Source of the DNA: Eledone cirrhosa
Lineage: Eukaryota
Reading direction: 5' to 3'
Assembly (NCBI GenBank): GCA_964016885.1
Contig: OZ024749.1
Span: forward strand, 12,028,001-12,092,000
Length of the DNA: 64,000 nucleotides
The first letter of the stretch is position 1. Each line of letters starts with the position of its first letter. The notes beneath the pieces are model-generated. The model did not search any database. It had not been told where the DNA came from and saw nothing but the letters and a program-made list of their open reading frames with translations. This document shows positions 50,406-61,629 of this stretch, one piece after another. Both the position numbers and the translations under genes were made by a program.

Positions 50406-50487
50406 CCTTCTGACGAGAGTTTTTCTTTGCAGTGGATGCCGTATGGACTCCGTTTATTTTTGAGACTCGAAACCGATTCGGTAAAGG
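50406..50487 (+). ncRNA. Type I hammerhead ribozyme with a canonical core
   Basis: Stem I CCTT/AAGG; CTGACGA (50410-50416); stem II GAGTTTT/GAGACTC with G10.1-C11.1; GAAA (50469-50472); palindromic stem III ACCG-ATT-CGGT; GUA triplet, predicted cleavage after 50483. Confidence 0.8.
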
Positions 50488-50552
50488 TAACTATAGTAAG
50501 TAAAGTTAATTTTTTAAAATTTATTTTGAAACTTTTTCTTATTTGCTAAACC

Positions 50553-50588
<36 letters not shown>

Positions 50589-50992
50589 AACATTTACAAA
50601 TATGCATACACACATATATATGTGATGACCCATGGATCTCATGTTAGCAGTGAGAATGGAAGTGAAATAATGATGATGATGGTATACAACGGCCGTTCCA
50701 AAGGTTAAACATTACTTTCCTATCTAGCAGAAAATAAGCATAATTATTTTATAGTTCAATGAATGCAGTTAGAAGATTACACTATAAAAGATGTGTGCCA
50801 GTAGTTTATATGTGTAATATTGTAATATTAAAATTTGTAGATCAAAGTTGACATATTCAACCAGTTAAATCATTCTAGCAGAGAAAAATTCAGCTTTAAA
50901 ATATTTCTGAAATGTTTATGCATCACTGAGTTCAATTTAGCTGGCAGCAGTAAATTTGAGAAAAATAAACCTTCTGGATATATTTGGTCGCT

Positions 50993-51462
50993 CAAGTACT
51001 AGTCGTGGTTATATGTACCAAGTACTAGTTGTGGTTGTATGTACCAAGTACTAGTTGTGGTTGTATGTACCAAGTACTAGTTGTGGTTGTATGTACCAAG
51101 TACTAGTTGTGGTTGTATGTACCAAGTACTAGTTGTGGTTATATGTTCCAAGTACTAACTGTGGTTATATGTACCAAGTACTAGTTGTGACTATATGTAC
51201 CAAGTACTAGTTGTGACTATATGTACCAAGTACTAGTTGTGACTATATGTACCAAGTACTAGTTGTGACTATATGTACCAAGTACTAGTTGTGACTATAT
51301 GTACCAAGTACTAGTTGTGACTATATGTACCAAGTACTAGTTGTGACTATATGTACCAAGTACTAGTTGTGACTATATGTACCAAGTACTAGTTGTGACT
51401 ATATGTACCAAGTACTAGTTGTGACTATATGTACCAAGTACTAGTTGTGACTATATGTACCA
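50993..51462. repeat. 26-bp minisatellite, ~18 copies
   Basis: Unit caagtactagttgtg(gt/ac)t(g/a)tatgtac, with polarised variants. Confidence 0.95.
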
Positions 51463-51624
51463 GGTAATTTTGGTTGCTCAAGTACTGTAATTATATGTGT
51501 CTACCTTACATGTGTGTGCACAAGTGTATGTGTGCATGCAACATGTTGCATACATGTGTGTGCATGTGTGGTGTGTGCATATGTGTATATATGTGTATAT
51601 ATGTGTGTGTGCATACATTACATG

Positions 51625-52121
51625 TTGTGAGGTGTATACACACACACAGACACAAGAGAAAGTGAGGTGTATACACACACACAGATAGACACACACACAC
51701 ACACATATACACACAAGAGAAAGTAAGGTGTACACATACACACATATACACACACATACACAAGAGAAAGTGAGGTGTACACACACACATATACACACAC
51801 ACAAGAGAAAGTGAGGTGTACACACACATATATATATACACACAAGAGAAAGTGAGGTGTACACACACACGAGAAAGTGAGGTGTACACACACACACACA
51901 CACACGAGAAAGTGAGGTGTACACACACACACACACACACATATATATACACACACACACACGAGAAAGTGAGGTGTACACACACACACACACACACATA
52001 TATACACACACGAGAAAGTGAGGTGTACACACACGAGAAAGTGAGGTGTACACACACACACACACGAGAAAGTGAGGTGTACACTCTCACACACACACAC
52101 ACACGAGAAAGTGAGGTGTAC
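51625..52121. repeat. Composite repeat: constant core gagaaagtgaggtgta separated by variable (CA)n/(TA)n
   Basis: About a dozen cores with spacers of differing microsatellite length. Confidence 0.9.
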
Positions 52122-52239
52122 AGAGAAACAGATTTGGCTGACGTTGAATGGTGAAAGCAACTCTATTGATTTTCTCCTTTCTTGCTACAACTGAGTAATT
52201 TGAAGTAACTGCCTACTTCCTTCTCTGTTGCCTGTTTCT

Positions 52240-52520
52240 CACTACTACCACCACCACCACCACCACTACTGCTGCTGCTGCTACTACTACTACTACTACT
52301 ACCACCACAGCTACTATTGCTACTGCTACTACTATTGCTGCTACTACTATTACTATTGCTGCTGCTACTACTATTGCTGCTACTACTATTACTATTGCTG
52401 CTGCTACTACTACTATTGCTACTGCTACTGCTACTACTACCACCACCACCACTACTAATCCTGCTGCTACTACTGCTAATGCTGCTGCTACTACTACTAT
52501 TACTACCACCACCACCACCA
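52240..52520. repeat. (CTA/CTG/CCA)n trinucleotide repeat
   Basis: Direct inspection. Confidence 0.95.
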
Positions 52521-52684
52521 TCTTGCATACAAGTGTGGGTGTCAATTAGACACAGAAAATGAAGTGATTTTCAAGATTTTAAGACATACAGTGGTTAGTA
52601 ATGAAGCTTTTAACCTACCACCAAACTAGTTCTATGAAATAAAACCACATTTTTCAGAATGGTTCCTATTTAAATTAAAACCTA

Positions 52685-52848
52685 GGTGGATTGGCAGTAT
52701 CGGTAGAGGGTCGGACGCCATGCTTTGACGCATAGAGTTACGGCCCTTGCCATTCTGAGTTCAAATCCCGCCGAGGTCGATAAAATAAAGTACCAGTAAT
52801 GTACTGGGTTATTGCTGGCCTTGTGCCAAAAGTAGAAACAATTATTTT
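52685..52848 (+). mobile_element. tRNA-derived SINE, internally deleted copy
   Basis: Pol III A box tggcagtatcgg, B box gagttcaaatcc; lacks the taactttgcc...gggt segment present in the 61630 and 62316 copies. Confidence 0.8.
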
Positions 52849-52987
52849 ATATTTTAACCTTTTCTTACAAATATAACTAATTATAACTAAGGCAGTCTGC
52901 TAATATGCAAATCAGGCCGATCAGTTACTATATATTCAAGAAAAAATATATTTTCACTATCTCTGACAGTTGGCAGGTTAGCAGTAT

Positions 52988-53034
52988 ACAGTACTGATGA
53001 AGGGTAATCACCCAGAAACATTAGTGTCTGCCGT
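52988..53034 (+). ncRNA. Minimal type I hammerhead motif, slightly decayed
   Basis: acagta-CTGATGA-A-GGGT aatc ACCC-A-GAA-ACA ttag TGT-C-tgccgt. Stem I has 5 of 6 pairs (one G-U); GUC triplet. Confidence 0.55.
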
Positions 53035-53171
53035 TCTGTTTATATGCCAACACAAGAGCAAGAATGACGGCATCGATCTACTCACATGGCTTAAAGAGGC
53101 TGTTTGCATAATTGCAAACGATTTTGAATATTAGTATTAATATTCGAAAAACTCAGATTTACATAACTTAA

Positions 53172-53335
53172 ATTCTTAACACATGAAACTATATATATAT
53201 ATGTTACATTCTTAACATCCTGTATCACATGAAACTATATATATGTTACATTCTTAACATCCTGTACCACATGAAACTATATATATGTTACATTCTTAAC
53301 ATCCTGTACCACATGAAACTATATATATATGTTAT
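53172..53335. repeat. ~41-bp tandem repeat, ~3.5 copies
   Basis: Unit cacatgaaactatatatatgttacattcttaacatcctgta. Confidence 0.85.
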
Positions 53336-54733
53336 TTTACACCCTCTGAATTTACAACTGAGTGATTTTACACCCTCTTAGCATACCTTTTTCTACATAG
53401 ACTGTTCCTAGACTGTTTGAGTGACCAGAACACAAAGAAACACCTATATACAATGGGTAGTAGATTTGCCAAGCTAGGAATAATCTAGTCTTCTGAAGAA
53501 TTATAATCCAAAAGTGCTCACTATGAAGTGAGCCATACTAGCGCAACTACATGGCCCCTAGACTACCTATGTGACCATTCACAGTAACTATAATAACACT
53601 AATTCTAACTCTGACCGTGATATCTAACATTAACTCTTGTGCTCAGCTTTCTACACTGCCACCTTCACCTAAACGAACAATAAAGCACAAAATCTACACC
53701 ATTTTAAAACAAATTTTATCTCATTTATTGTATTTTTTAAATATTGTAGCTTCTCCCTATAGTCTACTGTTCACCTTGCATTGAACTGCACGCACTACAA
53801 AAAAACTACACTAGATATATATTATATATTATATACATGTAAAGTTATATTTAAAATTGTTGGGTTACAACTAGATGTTTATTACGGTATGTCGAATATA
53901 TTTATCTATAAAACTGTTTATATTGTATCTTGTCTGATGAAGGCATAGCATATTGTTAATATGATATCCCCGAAATATATATAATGAAATAAATATGGTT
54001 TTATAAATATAGTTTTCCATTTATTTAATATTGTATTATATATTATATATATATATTATATATGTTGTTTCCTTAAGCAAGACACTTTATTTCACATTGC
54101 TCCAGTTTACTCAGCTGTAGAAATGAGATGATAGGGAGTGGGGTCCCGATCATTCCACTGCAAAGTGGTCGTGGAGGCGCCACAGAAAAAAAGCACCCAG
54201 CACTTACTGTAAATGAGGTTGGTGTTACGAAGGGCATCCAGCTGTAGAAATCAAGCCAGAATCAGTTCCCGTCCCACCCTTGCAAGCAGGGAAAAGTGGA
54301 CGTAAAATGATAATGATGATGATTATATATATATATATTAGCCAGTTTTAGAATTCCCTTTTTCGGATTATATTACTGTGAGAGCCCTGGTTTTCTGTTG
54401 AGCTCTGCTGATGAATGAAATTCCAACCGTGACCATCTCCACTGAAAGTTTTCATGAAATAGTCTTTTAAGACTATACAGAGCATTTAATGTTATTCCAA
54501 ATTGAAGGATAAGTGTTTCAAACTTTATTTTATCATGAGTTAAAGGTCTATAGATTTTTCCCTGGATTTTATTAAATTCTGTGGATGAATTTATATCCTG
54601 ATTCTCTTTTGAGATGAGTTTGAGTTATTTTTCCTATATCTTTCGTTAACTACTTTTCCCATCTTGACGTTATAGTCGCATATATGTTATAGAATGCCGT
54701 TAGCTTCTTGCTAAAACAATCTCTATACCTCTC

Positions 54734-54777
<44 letters not shown>

Positions 54778-55074
54778 AGGATACAATCCGAAATCAATAA
54801 ACCTGTCCGAGGAACCTGCGAGTCTAGAGTCAGGTAGATCCACACATGGATCGCACCTTGAGCTGTCCGCCAGGGAAACAATTGTAACACAATAAATTGA
54901 GTTCCTATGCATCACTGATTTTTCGTTTTCCATTCTATATATATATATATGTGTATTGGTGTATTGTTTTAGGCAATTGGAAAGACCAACGGAAACATTG
55001 TTTCCTTGGTCCAACTTGACGAGCTCCACCCCACTCGTTAAGTGAATGAGGTGTGAGATCTTGTCAATCAACTG

Positions 55075-55127
<53 letters not shown>

Positions 55128-56254
55128 TCGGTTATTTGTTGGACATTTCTTCATAGAAGCCTCATTCTTATAGCCTGGTCTATTCGATTTTTTATATAGT
55201 TAATTATGCTAATTGGGAGAGGAAATGGTATATATTTTATCTTGTGATTCTATAGACATGTTTTATGATATATATATTATATATATGTATCAAAAATAAA
55301 TATAGAAATCGCTTCTACAGGACTAGAACTGTTTCATTCATATGAAACAGATTCCTGATGATTACATATGAATGAAACAGTTCTAGTCCTGTAGAAGTCA
55401 TTTCTATATTAATTTTTGATGTTTTTACTCTACTAATGTATTGAGTACCTTATTTACTGTGATTATCCCAGATTTAACTCACGGTTTACACACACACACA
55501 CATATATATAGACGTAAAATGGTGATAATGATGATGATATATATATATATATACACACATACACCATCATCATCACCATCATCATCACTGCTTAACATCC
55601 ATTTCCCCACGTTAGCATGGGTTAGATGAGTGGTACTATTGGGAGACAAGCCAGGTCCAATGACCATGTCTTGCTCATAGAAAACTGATTTTAGCTTGGT
55701 TTCTACAGCTGGATGCCCTTCCTAATGCCAACCACATTTACAGCGTGTACTGGGTGCTTTTTGTCATGACACCTACATGACTACACACAATATTTTATTA
55801 CATCAACAGCATATTTTCCAAATTCATGTGTTTTACTGAGTGAATCAAGCAGACCTGGTCAGTTTTCAGTTTGGCCATCCTTTCGATTGAGTGTTCTACC
55901 AACTTTCAATATCTATTCTGAAAGTTTATATCAAATTTCTTACACATAACATGCAGCGACCTTAGGTTTCAGAGTTCAGTCATGACCAGCACTGTATAGT
56001 GTAGGAGCCATTCCAAAACTGGAATTGTTAGGTGCAAGGACAAATTTGAGGAAAACCAGTTACTTTACGTAAAATGGACGTAGTTCGTAAAAAAAAAAAG
56101 GGGGGGGGGGGCTTTCCTCCAAAACGTAGATTATAACAATACATTACTACAAAGAAGTGCATGCAATTTACTTTAAATCGATGTGTATGTATAATATGTT
56201 TAAAGGAAGCCATTACAATATGGATGAAGCTCATAGATTGTGGTAAAACTTTAA

Positions 56255-56442
56255 CCCTTTAGCATTCACATTACTCTACATTTACTATTGTATTTTAGCA
56301 GTAAAGGCTTTGTCTCATAATTATTTCATATAATATTGAATCTATGTGATTTTGATGTTATTTATTTAGTGAACAAAACCTTAGTATAAGGGGCTGGTTA
56401 AAGCCAGTTTGAACAGAAAAAGGCAGTTTTAATGCTAAAGAG
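56255..56442. mobile_element. piggyBac-like MITE family A, degenerate copy
   Basis: TTAA|CCCTTTAGCATTCACATTACTC...aatgctaaagag; internal deletion; right TSD lost. Confidence 0.75.
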
Positions 56443-56603
56443 TTCAAGGAACCCATTACAATATGGATGAAGCTCAAAGGTCGTAGTAAAAGTGTTTATT
56501 GTTAAAATACCTTGAGAAATTCTGGAGTAATAGACTAACAGTTTTAAATACAAACACCAACCAGGATGTTTTGAGAAAATGCCTTATCTCTGATGGCTTG
56601 ATA

Positions 56604-56607
56604 ATGT

Positions 56608-56660
<53 letters not shown>

Positions 56661-57194
56661 TGTGTGCTTGTTTGTGTGTGTGATTGTGTGCTTGAGTGTG
56701 TGTTTGTGCTTGTTTGTGTGTGTGCTTGTGTGCTTGAGTGTGTGTGTGTGCTTGTTTGTGTGTGTGCTTGTGTGCTTGTTTGTGATTGTTTGTGTTTGTG
56801 ATTGTGTGTTGTTTGTGTGTGTTTGTGTTTGTGATTGTGCGTGTGTGTTTGTGTTTGTGCGTGTGTGTTTGTGTTTGTGCATGTGCATGTGTGTTTGTGT
56901 TTGTGCGTGTGTGTTTGTGTTTGTGCGTGTGTGTTTGTGCGTGTGTGTTTGTGCGTTTGTGTTTGTGCGTTTGTGTTTGTGCGTTTGTGTTTGTGCGTGT
57001 GTGTTTGTGCGTGTGTGTTTGTGCGTGTGTGTTTGTGCGTGTGTGTTTGTGCGTGTGTGTTTGTGCGTGTGTGTTTGTGCGTTTGTGTGTCTGTGTGTTT
57101 GTTATTGTGTGTGTGTTTGTTATTGTGTGTGTGTTTGTTATTGTGTGTGTGTTTGTTATTGTGTGTGTGTTTGTTATTGTGTGTGTGTTTGTGT
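56604..57194. repeat. Compound (GT)n-derived micro/minisatellite
   Basis: (GT)n grading into gtgtgtgtttgtgc and gtgtgtgtttgttatt units. Confidence 0.95.
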
Positions 57195-58042
57195 ACAAAT
57201 AGGGATATGTATATAAGAATGCAAGTGGTGATGAACATCATATGAAGATTTGTTTATTTCTTCGAGGAACGGAACGGAACGGTCTGTAGTGAAGTGATTC
57301 TACAAATGTCAGCAGCATATACCATAAAATAAGTTATGGGTGTCAGGAAAGGCCTGTCACAAAACATCTTGTCCAACCCATGCAGGCAGGGAAGAACAAA
57401 CATAAAAAAACTATGCTAATGACTCTAGTAAGTTATGTGTGTTAGTCATTATGTGTGAGTCAGCATACGACCAATTTCTAGTATGGTGGCTAATATCGAA
57501 ATCAATAGTGTCATTTGAGAGTGGAAGTAAAACAATTTTATGTTGTTTCTGCTTTTGGTTAGACTTGTCAACACCTAGGCAACTCAAAGATGTCATACAA
57601 TTAAATAAATACATATATAGGCACACACACACACACATATATAGGCACACACACACACACACACATATATACGCACACACACACACACACACATATATAC
57701 ATATATACTATTACCTATCTCATTTACTTACGTTTTTGAAAAGCAGGATATATCATCATCATCGTTTAACGGCCATCTTCCATGCTAGCATGGGTTTGGA
57801 CGGGAATTTTCCCACTTGAGGCAAGATTGGTTGTCTTGCTCGTATAGGATTGTCTGGCGGTTTTCTATGGCTGGATGCCCTTCCCAACACCAACCACGTT
57901 TACAGTGTGGACTGGGAGGTTTTTACCGTGTTACCTACACGGCCACATTACAGCGTGGACTGTGTGTTTTTTTGTCGTGACACCTACACGACCTCATTTG
58001 TTTTGGACTGGATGTTGTGGCACAAACATAACTTTACATCGA

Positions 58043-58076
<34 letters not shown>

Positions 58077-58223
58077 ATATATATATATATATATAGTTTA
58101 ATAAATGAACAGAGAACAGAAAACAGAGAGGCAGTACAAATGATATGGTTTTTAGTTTCACGCTTGAGAGTAGGGGGTGTATATATATGTATATATATAT
58201 ATATGTATATATTATATATATGT

Positions 58224-58265
58224 ATATCATCATCATTTTACGTCCGCGTTTCCCTGCTTGCAAGG
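58224..58265 (-). mobile_element. ~40-bp 3'-terminal stub of the young RTE family
   Basis: atcatcatcattttacgtccgcgtttccctgcttgcaagg is the reverse complement of the 3450-3490 region; (TA)n on both sides. Confidence 0.8.
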
Positions 58266-58275
58266 AGATATATAT

Positions 58276-58309
<34 letters not shown>

Positions 58310-58428
58310 GTACTAATAAGAGGAATTCCAACTTTGTCTGATTTACTTGTTTTATTTACAATCCTTTAAAATTTATAATGGTATTATAATGAAATAGTAT
58401 GGTAGAATATTAAATGTTAAGTGTTAAT

Positions 58429-58467
58429 TGAACAAGTACTTTCATGCTTTCGCCATCTTCAGGTTCA
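58429..58467 (-). ncRNA. Minimal type I hammerhead motif, sense to the host pre-mRNA
   Basis: Minus strand: TGAAC-CTGAAGA-TGGC GAAA GCAT-GAA-AGTACT-T-GTTCA. Perfect 5-bp stem I, palindromic stem III, weak stem II with GAAA tetraloop, CUU triplet. Confidence 0.55.
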
Positions 58468-58574
58468 TAATGTGTGGTGACAATCAAGTTTGCAATTTTC
58501 AACTATATATATGTATATATATATATATATGGAGAAGAAGTTTATGAAATGGAAATGCGGGTATAAAGAATTTA

Positions 58575-58621
58575 TATACATATGTATGTATGTATGTATG
58601 TATGTATGCATGCATGCATGC

Positions 58622-58719
<98 letters not shown>

Positions 58720-58776
58720 GTATGTATGTATGTGTATATATATGTATGTATGTGTATATATATATATATATGTATG

Positions 58777-58826
<50 letters not shown>
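58575..58826. repeat. (TA)n/(TATG)n microsatellite
   Basis: Direct inspection. Confidence 0.95.
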
Positions 58827-59546
58827 ATTACCGACACTTCAGTATGCAAGTTAGAGCACGCGACGAAGTGCGCTGGTGGGTCTGTTTACTCTGGAGTAAT
58901 TTAAAAACAAGAAGTGTAAACCAACAAGTTAAAATTAACTTCCTTTATACATCTTCACTGTTATATATATTTCAGTGATAACCATTATGCAACAGTTATG
59001 ACTGCATCAGACAGCTAGAAGTTGAACAGAACACATAATGATGGAATAAAGTTTAATTCTGTTATTTCGATTCTTTATATGCTCAGTGCTGAAGTACGGT
59101 GTTGTTTTCTCAAAGCACTGGTGGCATATGATTTAGAATGAACGAATTCAAGCATCAGTAGAATTCACCTCCTTCCTATTGGTCAGATTTGGTCTCACCA
59201 TACTAATAACAAGTCTATTGAATTTCTTAGGTCAGTTGTCCTGGAATCAGGCCAGTTGGTTAGGTTTAGCAACCAACAATAATAACTGTATATACCCTGA
59301 ATATAGGGGTGTTTTGGTCTAGTTGTATTAGTGGCAGTTGTGTTGATATACTACTACCACTGGTTGTAAGTGAATTTATTGGAGTTGTTAGTGAAAATTT
59401 CAAATATGTAAACAGATATGGGCTCATTTAGAAATGTTTATGCTTATCAATATTAAGAGTCACGATAAAAAAAAAAGGTGTTAAAATTATAATCCATATT
59501 GTAAATATATAAATACACACATGCACTCATATCTACAAACATGCAT

Positions 59547-59619
<73 letters not shown>

Positions 59620-60099
59620 CACACACATACATACACACACACACACACACATATATAGACACATATGTGCCCTTTAGAAGGATGAAAATAGGAATAACAT
59701 GTACGTACTATTTACTTATCACAGTTTGTATTGACTTTTATGAGCGAAAGGAATTAGGTTGGAGATAGTTTGTCCTTATGAAAACTGAATTATAGACCAA
59801 AGGTAGATGGTGAAACCCAGTGAGCAGAAATGTGGGGTGTGTGTAGATACCCAGGATTGGATTCTGCCAACATATATTATCTCGTTAAATAACTAGAGGT
59901 TAGATACTTGGATTAGAACTAAGGATGTGAGAAAGAGGGGAATTCCAAGGCGAAGTAAGGCGTGGGCCCAACTACTAAGTTAGTGTGGCTCTGGGATACG
60001 TTTAGATGCTAATAGAGACAAGAAGAGAAGAGATAGGAGTAGTGGGAAGGGTTAGTGTGTCTGGGACTCAGTGTAGTAGGTAGCTTGAGAAAAGTTCCT

Positions 60100-60445
60100 G
60101 TCCTTAGGTGTCGACATGCACCAAAGAAATCTACCCTGCGATTGATTATATTTATTCCACCACTGAGTATCTTGAGAGTCTCGCTCAGACAGAGGCCAAA
60201 AAGTATGGTGTCTTGTCCAGCTTGAGCTTCCTGATCAGTTCAGAAAGGGCCATACTTTTCTGTTTGTCAATCCTATTAAAGAAGTGGTGGTGATTATACC
60301 ACTTGTCCTTGAAGCTCGAAGTTGCTCCTATGTATATATGTGTCAAGTTGGGGGTTGTAACTCTGCATCAGTAAACTAAGTTTTTCACCAGGCATCCATT
60401 GCCAAGGGGGCATGAGACAGGGTTTCTGCAGTTACATGATGCCGT
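60100..60445 (-). mobile_element. Penelope-like element (Naiad-type) GIY-YIG endonuclease fossil
   Basis: Manual translation: SCNCRNPVSCPLGNGCLVKNLVY*CRVTTPNLTHIYIGATSSFKDKWYNHHHFF...MALSELIRKLK, then after a frameshift/deletion GLCLSETLKI...IINRRVDFFGACRH. This fits the CNC-x5-CPL-x3-C / VY...YIG / FK-x-R-xx-NH / LCLxE / NxRxE..CRH pattern of PLE endonucleases. Not in the ORF track. Confidence 0.8.
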
Positions 60446-61629
60446 CAACCACTGTATGTTTACGGCGGAGTGCCCTTTGGTTAAGGACATAGACAGTCTC
60501 TCTTGTTAGAAATATAGTAATGAAAGGGTTAAAGACATAGGCAGTGTCTCATTAGAAATATGGTAATGAAATGGTTAATGATATAGGTAGTGACTTTCAT
60601 TAGAAATATGGTAATGAAAGGGTTAAAGCAATATCAATCTAAAGGTAGTTAAGTTTGGGGGGATTTCTTTTTGTTTTGTTTTCTGAATTGATTTGCTCAC
60701 ATAAACCTCAGCCTTTTCAAATTTTCATGATTGTAAAAACAAAGATAGAAATAGCTACTAGCTGATTTAATCCATTTGACCAAAGCCTACACTGGTTCTA
60801 TGAAACAAAAACATTTTAAAGGATTCTTGTTAAAATTAAAATCTTCCAACATAATTTTATATCGAAACTATATGTTAAGTTACTATCTTAATAATGAATT
60901 AATTAATATTAGAAATAGAAACTTTCGCCATATTTTTTGACTAAAGAAATTTTAGCCTGATAGTGGGGTTTAGAACCCTGTAAGAAATGGAAAAAAAGGT
61001 GAGTATTGACATACATGTCAAAAAATATGGCGAAAGTTTCTATTTCTAATTTCAAACTCGCTCGCTGTTTCAAAAACATACTTACTTACTTGAGTTAATT
61101 AATAATTTTAGTAAATCTCTCAAAATTCTTCATTAAATAATTGAAATAGAGCGTATTTCATTAGAAGTATGATCAGGAAATGGTTAAAGGGAACCAATCT
61201 AAAGTCATGTTTTTTTTTTTTTGTCATTGGTTTTCCACGAATTGATTTAACATCAGCCTGAAGAAGGCTCTTCAAATGTTTATGTTAAAACAATGCCAGA
61301 GATAGATACTGACTTTACATGATGATGAGTGCAAGCACTTATCATTGGATGAAAATGAGTCAATGCTTGATGAATAAGAACCAACAGAGGAAAACTTCAA
61401 ATTTTCAACATCAAGAACAAAAAAACTCTTCATTATATCCTGGAGCCAGGATTGGTTGACAGTTTCTCTAGCTCCTTAAGACAAGGAGTTAAGCATGTCA
61501 AGTTGTATCTTGTAAATTCTTGAAATAAAAAAAAATTAACAAATTCCAGTTTTACTTTTGAGAGAGGAAGTCTTATGTTGTGTGATTGATGGATAGTTGA
61601 GTGACTTTATCCTTTCATTATTATATTTA

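Noticed and set aside
51474-52562. Cys/Val, poly-Ser, poly-Leu and poly-Tyr ORFs
   Set aside because: Microsatellite artefacts; the same applies to ORFs at 1-350, 56474-57245 and 58490-58978.
54776-55078. Additional hammerheads in (TA)n-flanked GC-richer segments (GAAACAATTGTA plus aataaa)
   Set aside because: Only half of the core is present; no CTGANGA with a matching stem I on either strand.
60368-60370. In-frame TGA in the PLE endonuclease read as selenocysteine (some Naiad elements recode UGA)
   Set aside because: It falls in VY*C, at a position that is usually not a conserved Cys. The fragment also has a frameshift/deletion, so CGA to TGA decay is more parsimonious. No SECIS was identified.
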